A stretch of 64,000 nt of DNA, from NCBI RefSeq assembly GCF_009914755.1, contig NC_060941.1. The stretch is one strand, 5' to 3'. This stretch comes from the human T2T-CHM13v2.0 reference genome, Homo sapiens. A program made the translations under genes and the position numbers. Positions 33,561-45,470 of this stretch are shown piece after piece (the stretch's first letter is position 1; each line of letters starts with the position of its first letter). The notes beneath the pieces are model-generated. The model worked only from the letters and a program-made list of their open reading frames with translations, was not told the origin of the DNA and searched no databases.

Positions 33561-34823
33561 TGCTCCTAAATTGCATGATAATGTATGCTAGTATTTGAGA
33601 CTGTATTGCAATGATGCTTGATTGACTCTTTCAGTCTGGAAGCCAATGTCCTTCACATCATTAGTCAACCTTTGGAGTTCCTGAAATGATTCCATAATTT
33701 CGTATCTTTTGTCTCCTGTTTTCTGAACAATTATTCAATTACATCTTTGAGCTTTTCTACTGATATTTTTATTCTGGCTATAAAATAATTTCTTATAATT
33801 CTCATTTGTTCTACGAACGTCCTTTACAATAGTCTGCTGTTTTGTTTCTTAGATACACAATCCTCTCTTATATTTCTGGGGATCTCAACTCTTGCTGCTC
33901 TTGTTTTAAAATGCTCTTCTGTTTCCTGCGTGTCTTCGTTGGCACCAGGTGTCTGCCTTCTGTTTGGTTTGAGTTTGCTTTCCTGCTAGAGGCAGTGCTC
34001 CCATATCAGGTGACCCTTGGCCATTGGTTCACAAGTCAGACTGAGGCACTGACAGCTGCCTGGAAGTTCTGGGTAAGCAGATGGGCTCACTCGTGTAGAA
34101 GCTTTGCTCCAGTGGGATCAGGCAGGGACTTGGACATTTTCTGGAGAGAATCTCCCGCTGTCAGTGCCTCTGGGTCTTTTCCTTTGGGTCTGTTTTCCCA
34201 GAGCAGAGACTTCTGATTTCCTGCCAGTTTCAGGGTAGGAAGGCAGGTGTCTTTAAAAACCTGGTTGCCGTACTCCTTAGGTAGGGGCTGGGGTGAGTGA
34301 AGAGAGGGGAGACTGACCATCCAAGAGGAAGATTTTCACAGTCTCCCTGTTGCCAGGAAGGACCACGTTGCTACCCTCAGCTGTGTCCAAGGAGACCCCA
34401 CTGTTATGCCCGGGCGGGTGGAGGGACTGGCACCTGCCTTGGAATGGGGATGTGCTGTGGTCACGCCCTCTTTATGTAAGTTTTCAACCAATCCTCTTTC
34501 AGAGCTTCCTGCCTCCTGCCCAGCCCCTGCTGTCAGAGATACTTGGTGCTTCCAGTTCTGGAGACTTCCTTGAGTTCTGTGACTCAAAACAACTTCCTTC
34601 CCCTGTGGGCATCAACAATGAGAGATCTTCAGATGCGATCAGGCACTCCAGTCCTTCCATCTCCCACAATGTTGGAGACCTGTGTTCCCTGCTGTAGAAA
34701 CCTCTGCCATTCCCTTTATCTCTGAAGACAGATGGACTTGACTGTCAGCTTAGCTTGGTTTCAGGAGGAAAGGAAGATAAACCCCTGTGTTTAAGCTGCC
34801 GTGTTAAATGGGAGGCACCTGGT

Positions 34824-35112
34824 CTTTTTTCTTTTTCTTTTTTAAAGACTGGGTCTCGCTCTGTTATCCAAGCTGCAGTGCAGTGATGTGATCATAGCTC
34901 ACCTCAGCCTTGAACTCTCAGGCTCAAGCGATCCTCCAGCCTCAGCCTCCTGAATTGCTGGGATTATAGCACCTGGCCAATTTTAAAATCTTTCTGTAGC
35001 GACAGGATCTCACTATGTTGCCCAGGCTGGTCTTGAACCCCTGGCCTCAAGGAATTCTCCCACAACCTCCCAAAGTGCTAAGATTACAGGCAAGAGCCAT
35101 GGTGCCCAGCCA
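34824..35112 (-). mobile_element. AluJ-like
   Basis: Diverged antisense Alu. Confidence 0.75.
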
Positions 35113-36305
35113 CCTCTGGTCTTCCCTCAGTTTGCTTTCATTAAAGGACAAACACATGCCTTGCAAAATGCTTTTAAACATTTTTAAGGAGAAGTTGTTG
35201 GGGGAAGCAAATGTCATGAAATCAGAAAAGGATGGAGAAGGTGATGCATGCACACAGTGGAAGACTCACAGTAACACAAAACCAGACACACAGAGAGCAC
35301 CCACATGGATGAGTCTCAGGCACCACGTGGAGGGACAAAACCAGACACGGAAGTTCCAGAAGGGGCAATATTAACCTATGGGGGTAACAACAGAACAGTA
35401 GCTGCCTCTAGGAGTGGGCATTGGGTAGGAGGGGACCCCAGGGAGTCTTCGGGGTGAGGAAATGTCCTACGTCTCCATGTGGGCTGTAAAGACACAGGTG
35501 CATACATACATCAAATTTCACCAAGCTGTATTCTTCAGCTTTTTGTGCACCTTACACACATCATTGTGGTTGTTTCATACTTTAGTAAAAAAGAAAATGG
35601 AAAGGAAATTGACATTTCTTGGTTCTTGCTGTGTGCTAGGCACTGACTTGGTCCGCACTTAAAGAAACCATTCACTTAATGAGCAGGTGCTGTGTCCTAA
35701 GTACTATCTAGGTTCTGAGGACTCAGCAATTAATAAGAAAAATTAGGCACAGTCCCTGCCAGATGGTGCTCACAGTTAGTGTAGGAGCCAGCATCAAATA
35801 ACCACACGCACAGAAGGAAAGTGACCACAGCAACAGGTAAAGGGCAGTGCGAGTGTGTAGAAGAAGGACCGTGTCCTAGTCTAGGGGGCAAGTCAGAAAG
35901 GCTTCCCTGGGAGATCAGGTTTAGACAGAGGTCTCAGGTTGAGAAGGAATAAGCAGCTGAGGGGCAGGGGCTGGGGAGAAGGGCACGTCATGCGAGGGAA
36001 CAGCAGGTGCAAAGACCCTGTGGCAGGGAGAGGAGCGGCACGTTAAGGAGGGCAAGGGGCAGGGCCCAGCAGGGCACTATTGATGTGAGAGAGCAGGGGG
36101 CCTGCAAACCATTTGCAGATAGGGAAACTGAGGCTGGAGAGGGGAGGTGGCTGCCCTAGGCCTCCAGCCAGCACAGTGGGAGTTGGAAGCCAGCTTTCTC
36201 TGCCCTCTCTGCTCCTGAGACAGCACTTATGTCTATGGGAAAGTGGACAGCAAGAGGCTGGGCTGCGACCACCTGCCAGCTGCCCTCACGCTTCTGGTCT
36301 CTCAG

Positions 36306-36443
36306 CTCCACAGGGCCTGTGAGCAGGGCTGGCTATGAGATCCTGCCCTGAAGAGCAGTACTGGGCTGCTCTGCTAGGCACCTGCATGTCCTGCAAAGCC
36401 ATCTGCAACCATCAGAGCCAGCGCACCTGTGCAGCCTCCTGCG
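36306..36443 (+). pseudogene. TNFRSF13B (TACI) pseudogene exon 2 (cysteine-rich domain 1), 138 bp
   Basis: ctcag|CT CCA CAG GGC CTG TGA...TGC G|gtgagt encodes [44 protein letters not shown], versus [49 protein letters not shown]. Confidence 0.93.
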
Positions 36444-37579
36444 GTGAGTTCTGGGACCTGAGCCCAGGGGACAGTGTGATCACCCCCAACGCCTGTCCCC
36501 AGAGCACCCTCTGGCCCCACAGTCAGGTGGCTGAGGAGAGGATGGCAGGAGGAGATGTACAGTGTGGCACCTCTTATCCCTCCACCTTCCTGCTCTGGCC
36601 ACACTGCCTCCTTTCAGTGTCGAACATGCCATGTTCTTCCCTGCCTCGGGTTCTTTGCACATGTTGTTCCCGCTGCCTGGAATGCATGCTCTCTATCATC
36701 TTCCCTCAGCTCCCTCCTACCCAACTTTCAGGTCTCGGCCCAAACATCGGGGGTCTCCTCTGACCACACAGTAGTACTGGGCCCTCCTTTGTACTGCTAG
36801 TGTTACTTTCTTTTGAAACTTTTAATTACAGAACTTACCACACATATACATAGAGAGGACTGCACAATGATGCCCTCCTCATCCATTACCAGCTTCACAA
36901 ATCATTTAAATTCTGCCTTGTACTTTCCCAACCAGTTGTTTTGGCTTGTGTATTTTAAAGCAAAGCCAAGACCTCATATCATTTTACCTGCAGATACTGG
37001 GCCATAAAGATCTGTAAAACATAACCCAAATATCCTATCACTGCCAGCAATAATTTATTAACATCATCTAATATTCAGGCCATATCCAATTTTCCCTGAT
37101 TGTCTTGAAAACTATCCATTGCTTGCTGTTCTTTTTCATAATCTGTCTTTTTCCTTGATAGAACTTACCACAATTTGCTGTTTTGTTCTTTTGTGTGTAT
37201 GTGTTTCACATCTACTCAGCCACTGGACTGGGTGCTCCCTGAGGGGAGGAACCATGTCTGACTTGAACCTAGCACAGTGCCTGACACATAGTAAGTCCTT
37301 CATGAATACTTGCTGAGGGGAACTCAGAGAGGCTGAGTGACTTACCCAAGATCACACAGCTTAAAAGTGAAGATGTCAGGGTTTGAACCCAGGACTCTGA
37401 CTCCTAAATCATACCCTGAACCGTTACCCATTAATGAATTAGAACATTCATTGATTCATCCCACAAACATAGATGGAGTGCTCCAGCCCCATGGAAATAG
37501 GAATCTGGTGTGGCCCTTCAAGGACAGTATCATCTAATGGGAGAAATGATTGTGTGTCAAGGTAGAAAGCCATAGTTGG

Positions 37580-37890
<311 letters not shown>

Positions 37891-38717
37891 GCCACAGTTG
37901 GGAGAGACCACCTTCAGCTGGCGGCGGGGGGTAGCAGGGAGGTGTCCCTGGAGGAAGCACCATCAGAGGCAGATTGTTAAGAGGCCACAGAATGCAGAAA
38001 TCAGTTGAAGGGGAAGGGTGCCTGGAAGAGAGGACAGCATGAGCAGAGGTGGGAAACATAGCGGGGAAGACTGAGTCCTGGGTGGGGGCGGGGTGGGGTG
38101 TGAGGTCAGGCAGGGAGGGTCAGCGGTCTGGGGCGCTCAGGCACCACCTGCAACAGCCATACTGGGACCACTGAGGAGGGGAGGAGGTCACAGAAAGCCT
38201 CAAGGACACCACTGCTGGGCTGAGTGTGCCAGGAGTGGAGGTATCAGTTTCTGTGCAGTTCACTGAGCCCTGGGATAGGGCAGGGCCAGAGTAGGGGAGG
38301 CCCCATGTGGGCCATCTGAGTTTTCTTCGAGGTTCCAACTCCGTGGTCTTTTAGGTCCGTCCTTTACTCTGTCAAAGACACAAGGACAGGTGTGTATTTA
38401 CTTTGTGAAGAGGCTCAAATGAGTATTCTACTCAAGCCTTCCATTAAGTGGACATTTAGTATGTGCCAGGTGCTGTGCTGGGCACTTCAACTCTGCCAAC
38501 GACCCTAAGAAGTCAGTACTGTTATTTTCCCTTTATTGGAAATGAGGAAACTGAGGCATGGAGAGGCTATGACCACACTGCCTGCAAGTGGTACAGCCAA
38601 GGTAGGCTCTGAAATGTGGGTTCTTATCCACTCTCCTGCAATGCCTCTGAAATGTGTCCTTAAAATATCTCTGTGAGCCACAGAGGGACCATCTCCTACA
38701 ATTAAGAATGGCTATTG

Positions 38718-38865
38718 GCAGCCGCCGCCGCCCGACCGCCGGGAGGATGGAGTTCAGCGGGCAGCGGAGCTGTCTCAGTCTTTGCCGCCGCGCCGGCGAG
38801 CGCCGCCCGGGAGGCAGCGGCTGGAGGAGCGGACGGGCCCCGCGGGGCCCGAGGGCAAGGAGCAG
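38718..38865 (+). other. MAST2: Transduced MAST2 exon-1 fragment (CpG-rich)
   Basis: Encodes QPPPPDRREDGVQRAAELSQSLPPRRRAPPGRQRLEERTGPAGPEGKEQ (MAST2 N-terminus), joined after ...GAGCAG to SVA sequence ccgcctgccttggcctcccaaagtg. Confidence 0.92.
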
Positions 38866-41078
38866 CCGCCTGCCTTGGCCTCCCAAAGTGCCAAGATTGC
38901 AGCCTCTGCCCGGCTGCCACCCCGTCTGGGAAGTGAGGAGTGTCTCTGCCTGGCCGCCCATCGTCTGGGATGTGAGGAGCCCCTCTGCCTGGCTGCCCAG
39001 TCTGGAAAGTGAGGAGCGTCTCCGCCCGGCCGCCATCCCATCTAGGAAGTGAGGAGCGCCTCTTCCCAGCCGCCATCACATCTAGGAAGTGAGGAGCGTC
39101 TCTGCCCGGCCGCCCATCGTCTGAGATGTGGGGAGCGCCTCTGCCCCGCCGCCCCATCTGGGATGTGAGGAGCGCCTCTGCCCGGCCGAGACCCCGTCTG
39201 GGAGGTGAGGAGCGTCTCTGCCCGGCCGCCCCGTCTGAGAAGTGAGGAGACCCTCTGCCTGGCAACCACCCCGTCTGAGAAGTGAGGAGCCCCTCTGCCC
39301 GGCAGCTGCCCCGTCTGAGAAGTGAGGAGCCTCTCCGCCCGGCAGCCACCCCATCTGGGAAGTGAGGAGCGTCTCCGCCCGGCAGCCACCCCGTCCGGGA
39401 GGGAGGTGGGGGGGGTCAGCCCCCCGCCCGGCCAGCCGCCCCATCTGGGAGGGAGGTGGGGGGTCAGCCCCCCCGCCCGGCCAGCCGTGCCATCCGGGAG
39501 GGAGGTGGGGGGGGTCAGCCCCCCGCCTGGCCAGCCGTGCCATCCGGGAGGGAGGTGGGGGGGTCAGCCCCCCGCCCGGCCAGCCGCCCCGTCCGGGAGG
39601 TGAGGGGCGCCTCTGCCCGGCCGCCCCTACTGGGAAGTGAGGAGCCCCTCAGCCCGGCCAGCCACCCCGTCCGGGAGGGAGATGGGGGGGTCAGCCCCCC
39701 CACCCGGCCAGCCGCCCCGTCCGGTAGGGAGGTAGGGGGGTCAGCCCCCCGCCTGGCCAGCCGCCCCGTCCGGGAGGGAGGTGGGGGGGTCAGCCCTCCG
39801 CCCGGCCAGCCGCCCCGTCTGGGAGGTGAGGGGCGCCTCTGCCCAGCCGCCCCTACTGGGAAGTGAGGAGCCCCTCTGCCCGGCCAGCCGCCCCGTCCGG
39901 GAGGGAGGTGGGGGGGTCAGCCCCCCGCCCAGCCAGCCGCCCTGTCCGGGAGGGAGGTGGGGGGGGGTCGGCCCCCCTGCCCGGCCAGCCGCCCCGTCCG
40001 GGAGGTGAGGGGCGCCTCTGCCCGGCCGCCCCTACTGGGAAGTGAGGAGCCCCTCTGCCCGGCCAGCCGCCCCGTCCGGGAGGGAGGTGGGGGGGTCGGC
40101 CCCCCGCCCGGCCAGCCGCCCCGTCCGGGAGGGAGGTGGGGGGGGGTCGGCCCCCCTGCCCGGCCAGCCGCCCCGTCCGGGAGGTGAGGGGCGCCTCTGC
40201 CCGGCTGCCCCTACTGGGAAGTGAGGAGCCCCTCTGCCCGGCCAGCCGCCCCGTCCGGGAGGGAGGTGGGGGGGTCAGCCCCCCGCCCGGCCAGCCGCCC
40301 CGTCCGGGAGGGAGGTTGGGGGGTCAGCCCCCCGCCCGGCCAGCCGCCCCGTCCGGGAGGGAGGTTGGGGGGTCAGCCCCCCGCCCAGCCAGCCGCCCCG
40401 TCCGGGAGGGAGGTGGGGGGGGTCAGTCCCCCTGCCCGGCCAGCCGCCCCGTCCGGGAGGTGAGGGGCGCCTCTGCCCGGCCGCCCCTACTGGGAAGTGA
40501 GGAGCCCCTCTGCCCGGCCACCACCCCGTCTGGGAGGTGTGCCCAACAGCTCATTGAGAACGGGCCAGGATGACAATGGCGGCTTTGTGGAATAGAAAGG
40601 CGGGAAAGGTGGGGAAAAGATTGAGAAATCGGATGGTTGCCGTGTCTGTGTAGAAAGAAGTAGACATGGGAGACTTTTCATTTTGTTCTGCACTAAGAAA
40701 AATTCCTCTGCCTTGGGATCCTGTTGATCTGTGACCTTACCCCCAACCCTGTGCTCTCTGAAACATGTGCTGTGTCCACTCAGGGTTAAATGGATTAAGG
40801 GCAGTGCAAGATGTGCTTTGTTAAACAGATGCTTGAAGGCAGCATGCTCGTTAAGAGTCATCACCAATCCCTAATCTCAAGTAATCAGGGACACAAACAC
40901 TGCGGAAGGCCGCAGGGTCCTCTGCCTAGGAAAACCAGAGACCTTTGTTCACTTGTTTATCTGCTGACCTTCCCTCCACTATTGTCCTATGACCCTGCCA
41001 AATCCCCCTCTGTGAGAAACACCCAAGAATTATCAATAAAAAAATAAATTAAAAAAAAAAAAAGAATGGACTTTCCCA

Positions 41079-41387
<309 letters not shown>

Positions 41388-43473
41388 TCAAAGAAAATGT
41401 ATTTAAATGTCTGCACCAATAATTCCAGCATGTGTATGAATAAATATGATATGTCCTTTACAGTGAAAAAAAAAAAAAAGAATGGCTATTGTTAGTCAAA
41501 AAACAACAGATGCTGGTGAGGCTACAGAGAAAAATGAACACTTTATACACCGTTGGTGGAATGTAAATTAGTTCAGCCACAAGAAAGCAATTTGGAGATT
41601 CCTCAAAGAATTTAAAACAGTTACCATTCAGCACAGCAATCCCATCACTGGGTGTGTATGACCCAAAGGAAAATAATACATCCTACCAAAAGGACACATA
41701 CACACGTATGTTTGTCACAGCACTGTTCACAATAGCAAAGACATGGAATCAACCTAGGTGCCCATCAGTGGTGGATTGGATAAAGAAAATGTGGTACATA
41801 CACACAATGGAATACTACACAGCCATGAAAAGAAAAATCATGTTCCTTGCAGCAACATGGATGCAGCTGGAGGCCATTATCCCAAGTGAATTAATGCAAG
41901 AACAGAAAACCAAATACCGCATGTTCTCACTTACAAATGGAACCGTAAGCATTGTGTACAGATGGACATAAAGACAGGAACAACAGACACTGGGGCCTAC
42001 TTGGGGGGAGGCAGGGAGGGGCCAAAGGCTGAAAAACTACCAATCAGGTATTATGCTCACTACCTGGATTTTGCTCTAACACAGCCTCTCCTGAGAGGAA
42101 GCACAGATTCACACAGAGGGGGTGTGGATACAGAGGGGCTGAGCCCAGCCACAGATGCGAGGGGCCATGCCTGCCGCCCTGGTGTCTGGCCACCTGCACA
42201 CCTTCCCTGCATCCAGTGATGCATTTGAAACTTCCCGCCAAACTTGGAACCTTTCTCACCTGCAGTGCAATGGATTCCCCTTTGGTTCATCCTTACCCAC
42301 CTCACAGATCAAGAGACTTGAGTCTCAAATTTGGAGTGACTCGCTGACAGTCACAGAGAATGCACAGCTGAGTTGGGATTTGAGCACAGTCTGTGGGTTC
42401 CAAAGTTTGTCCCCTCTGCAACCGCAAAATGACCCAGTGGCATCCACAGGGCTAGTGTTCCTTGGGCGTGAGCTGTTGCCCCTGGGACAAGGTTAGCCAC
42501 TTCCTGTGTGTGACCCCCAGTCAAGCCCCCTTCCCAGAGGGCACTGGGCAGAACATCAGATCCTCATCTTGGCTTCAGGGATGGAGCCCCAGGCTGTGAG
42601 CGTGGGGGCTGTGTGAGGACATGTTGGTGCCAGTAGGGTCGGCATTACCACACCTCACCCCACATCAGCTGCCACACTTGTGCCATGGCGTGGATTTTGG
42701 TGGCTCTGTGACTGTCACTGCCCAGCCCTGTGTTTCTCCAGGGGCCCAGGGCTAAGGTCTGTTCTGACCTCTGATGCCTGCATGGGCTGGTGGGGCAGGA
42801 GGGGAGCTTGCTGTGGATTGCAGACACGAAGTACAGAGCTACATGGCCAGGGGAGGGGACCCAGAGGTAGACCTATTTGAGGACAGGGAGCAGAGAACAC
42901 CATGTGACCAAGTTGTCTAGCTGCACACGCTGGAAGGGCTGACCTGTTCCTCTGGCCCCTTCGTGGGCTCCCTGAATTCTGCTGTCCCGTCTCCAGCCCT
43001 GCCAGACCCCACCTCACCCCGACTCCAGGTTTCCCACTGAGAACTGCCACTCCTTAGTGAGACCTGGAACTGTGGTGGGCTTGTTGTGCGTGGGGAGGGA
43101 AGACAGTAAGGCAGGTCCTGTCCCAGACTGGTGGAGTTCACCACCTTGTGGAAGGCCAAGCAGTGGACGAGTTACGCAGGTGACACATTCCTCTCAGTGC
43201 ACGGAGGCCACATAACCCAGCTGCAGGTGAGATGGGGAAGGGGAAGGCTTCCCCAAGGAGGACAGGGCAGGCTGTGGCAGGGGTGTGGAGTGTGGAGCCA
43301 GGCCCCTAGTTATGTCCCTTACAAGGTGTGTAGCCTGGAGCAAGTGACTGTCGGTTCTGTGAGGCTGAGGTTGTTCACCTCATGCAGTCGCTGTGAGGAT
43401 AATCTGGGAGAATACATTTTGAGGGGATCACGTGCTCTGTGCACTGGAACTGCTCATTCAAAAAGCAACCATG

Positions 43474-43774
43474 GGCCAGGCGCGGTGGCTCACACCAGTA
43501 ATCCCAGCACTTTGGGAGGTTGCGCCATGTGGATCACCTGAGGTCAGGAGTTTGAGACCAGCCTAGCCAACATGGCGAAACCCCGTCTCTACTAAAAATA
43601 CCAAAATTAGCCAGGCGTGGTGGTAGGTACTTGAAATCCCAGCTACTTGGGAGACTGAGGCAAGAGAATCACTTGAACCCAGGAGGCGAAGGTTGCAGTG
43701 AGCCAAGATCAGGCCATTGCGTTCCAGCCTGGGTGATGAATAAAACTCCGTCTGAAAAAAAAAAAAAAAAAAAA
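43474..43774 (+). mobile_element. AluS-like with TSD
   Basis: Flanked by aaaaagcaaccat. Confidence 0.88.
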
Positions 43775-44054
43775 GCAACCATATTGAAACCACACAGTGG
43801 GGACAGGGGGTTCCAGGCAGAGGCAACAGCACTTACAGGTGCTGCTAGGAGCAGGGAAGGCTGTGAGGGGCTCTGTGCTGAAGGCTGGGCTAAATCCCTT
43901 CCTCTGGGGCTCCCAGCCTGTGGGAGTGTGGGGTTCACTCTACATACAGAAGCAGGAGGGACCCCACCCCAGATCTCCTTTGAAGGTGGAGACACTTCCA
44001 CACGCTCACCAAGAGGGCACAGAAAGACCTTCCACGCACACAGCAAGAGGGCTG

Positions 44055-44157
44055 TGAAAGACCTCTACAAGGAAAACTGCAAAACACTGCTGAAAGAAAT
44101 CACAGATGACACCAGCAAAGGGAGACACATCCCATGCTCATGGATGGGTAGAATCAA
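44055..44157 (+). mobile_element. ~100-bp internal L1 ORF2 fragment
   Basis: [35 protein letters not shown]. Confidence 0.85.
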
Positions 44158-44167
44158 TTTTTTTTTA

Positions 44168-44298
44168 GTTATTCCCAAATTTTTATGAGGGATTCACACA
44201 TATTATGAACACTTAATAAAACCCACCTGTTGCTGTTATTTCCAAATATTTATGAGGGATTCATACATATGAACATTTAATAAAACCCACCTGCTGTT
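44168..44298. repeat. ~65-bp tandem duplication, each copy containing AATAAA
   Basis: gttatt(c/t)ccaaat...tatgagggattca...ttaataaaacccacctg x2 (44168-44234, 44235-44298). Confidence 0.85.
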
Positions 44299-45026
44299 CA
44301 CACATTGGGCTTCGTGGGGAGAGCAGGGGCAGGCTCCCAAGCTGGACTGAAAATGGCTTGAGATGTTGATCAGGAGAGGAGACTGGCCTGGGGTTCTGTT
44401 GTGACGACTCCAGGCTGACGCGAGGAGCTCCCTGTCCAGGCTTGGGGGTAGGTGCAGGGAGCATCTGTGTCTCCCTAAGGGGACAGGGAGCCTGCCTCAG
44501 CGACTGGGGGCTGCTCATTTGCCCGGCAGAGGAGGAGGAGGAGCACCAAGGGCACAACACTGTTCCTCCACGTGAGGGTTGCTAAGGACTGAGTTGGGAA
44601 GAGCAAGGATTCATGGGTGGCTGGAGATGGCACCAGGAGGGACCAGGTGATGGCTCCATGTGTGAGGCTGGGAGGCCGATGTCCTGCTGGGGGGAGGGGC
44701 AGCCACTGGAAGAGGGGTCAGAGCAGGGCTGTGGGGAGAGCCCCTTGTTGCTCCTGGATGATGGTGATGGCAGCAGGGGTCCTATGAAAGGCTGTTTCTG
44801 GCAATAATGGGAACCAGAGATGACAAGGACCTGGAAGGGGGACAGAGGAACAGTGCATTGGCATGAGATTAGAACTGGAGGGAGAGGCCCTGTAGTGATC
44901 ATAATGGCTGTCATCTCACAGGGCTCTTGTGGGGCCTCAGTGACTTGGGGTTTGCCAAGTACAGAACCATGCCCAGGACTGAAAGGTCCACCACCCTGGC
45001 TGGATGGGTGCCATCCTAGGACAGGC

Positions 45027-45470
45027 TGTATTTGCTTCCTGGGGCTGCTGTGACAGGGTCCACATGCTGGGTGCTTAAAATAACACTGATTGATTCTCTC
45101 GGGACTGGAGGCCAGAAGTCTGAGATTCCACGGTCAGCAGGGCCCCACTCCCTCTGAAAGTCCAGGGGAGGATCCTTCCCTGCCTCCTCCAGCTTCTGGT
45201 GGCTGCCCCAGGCCTCCTGGGCTGGTGGCCACTTCACTCCCATCTCTGTCTCTGTCTTCACATGGCTTCTTTCCTGTGCCTGTGTCTCTTGCCTTCTCTT
45301 CTCGTATAGGACACTTGTCACTGGATCTGGGGCCCACCCTAATCCAGGATGATCTCATTTCCAGATCCTTGTATTCATATGTCTGCAAAGAATCTTTTAT
45401 CCAAATAAGGTCACATGTGCAGGGGGCATACCCTTCGGGTGAGGGGGGGCACCATTCAGCTTACTACATA
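45027..45470 (-). mobile_element. MLT1 (MaLR) LTR
   Basis: ggggctgctgtgaca...ctggaggccagaagtctgagat...gggcccaccctaatccaggatgatctcat...aaataaggtcacat. Confidence 0.75.

Noticed and set aside
38687-38697. gaccatctcct resembling TACI exon 3 (YDHLL)
   Set aside because: The flanks continue as L1 sequence; no CRD2 cysteines or splice sites.
38900-40540. Regular short repeats resembling a CRISPR array
   Set aside because: No unique spacers; this is an SVA VNTR in a human context.
38533-41047. Many long overlapping ORFs on both strands
   Set aside because: Artefacts of the GC-rich SVA VNTR and SINE-R.
41062-41069. aagaatgg after the first SVA polyA as the 3' TSD
   Set aside because: Only 8 bp match. 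The full 14-bp TSD and the resumption of the host L1 occur at 41478-41491.
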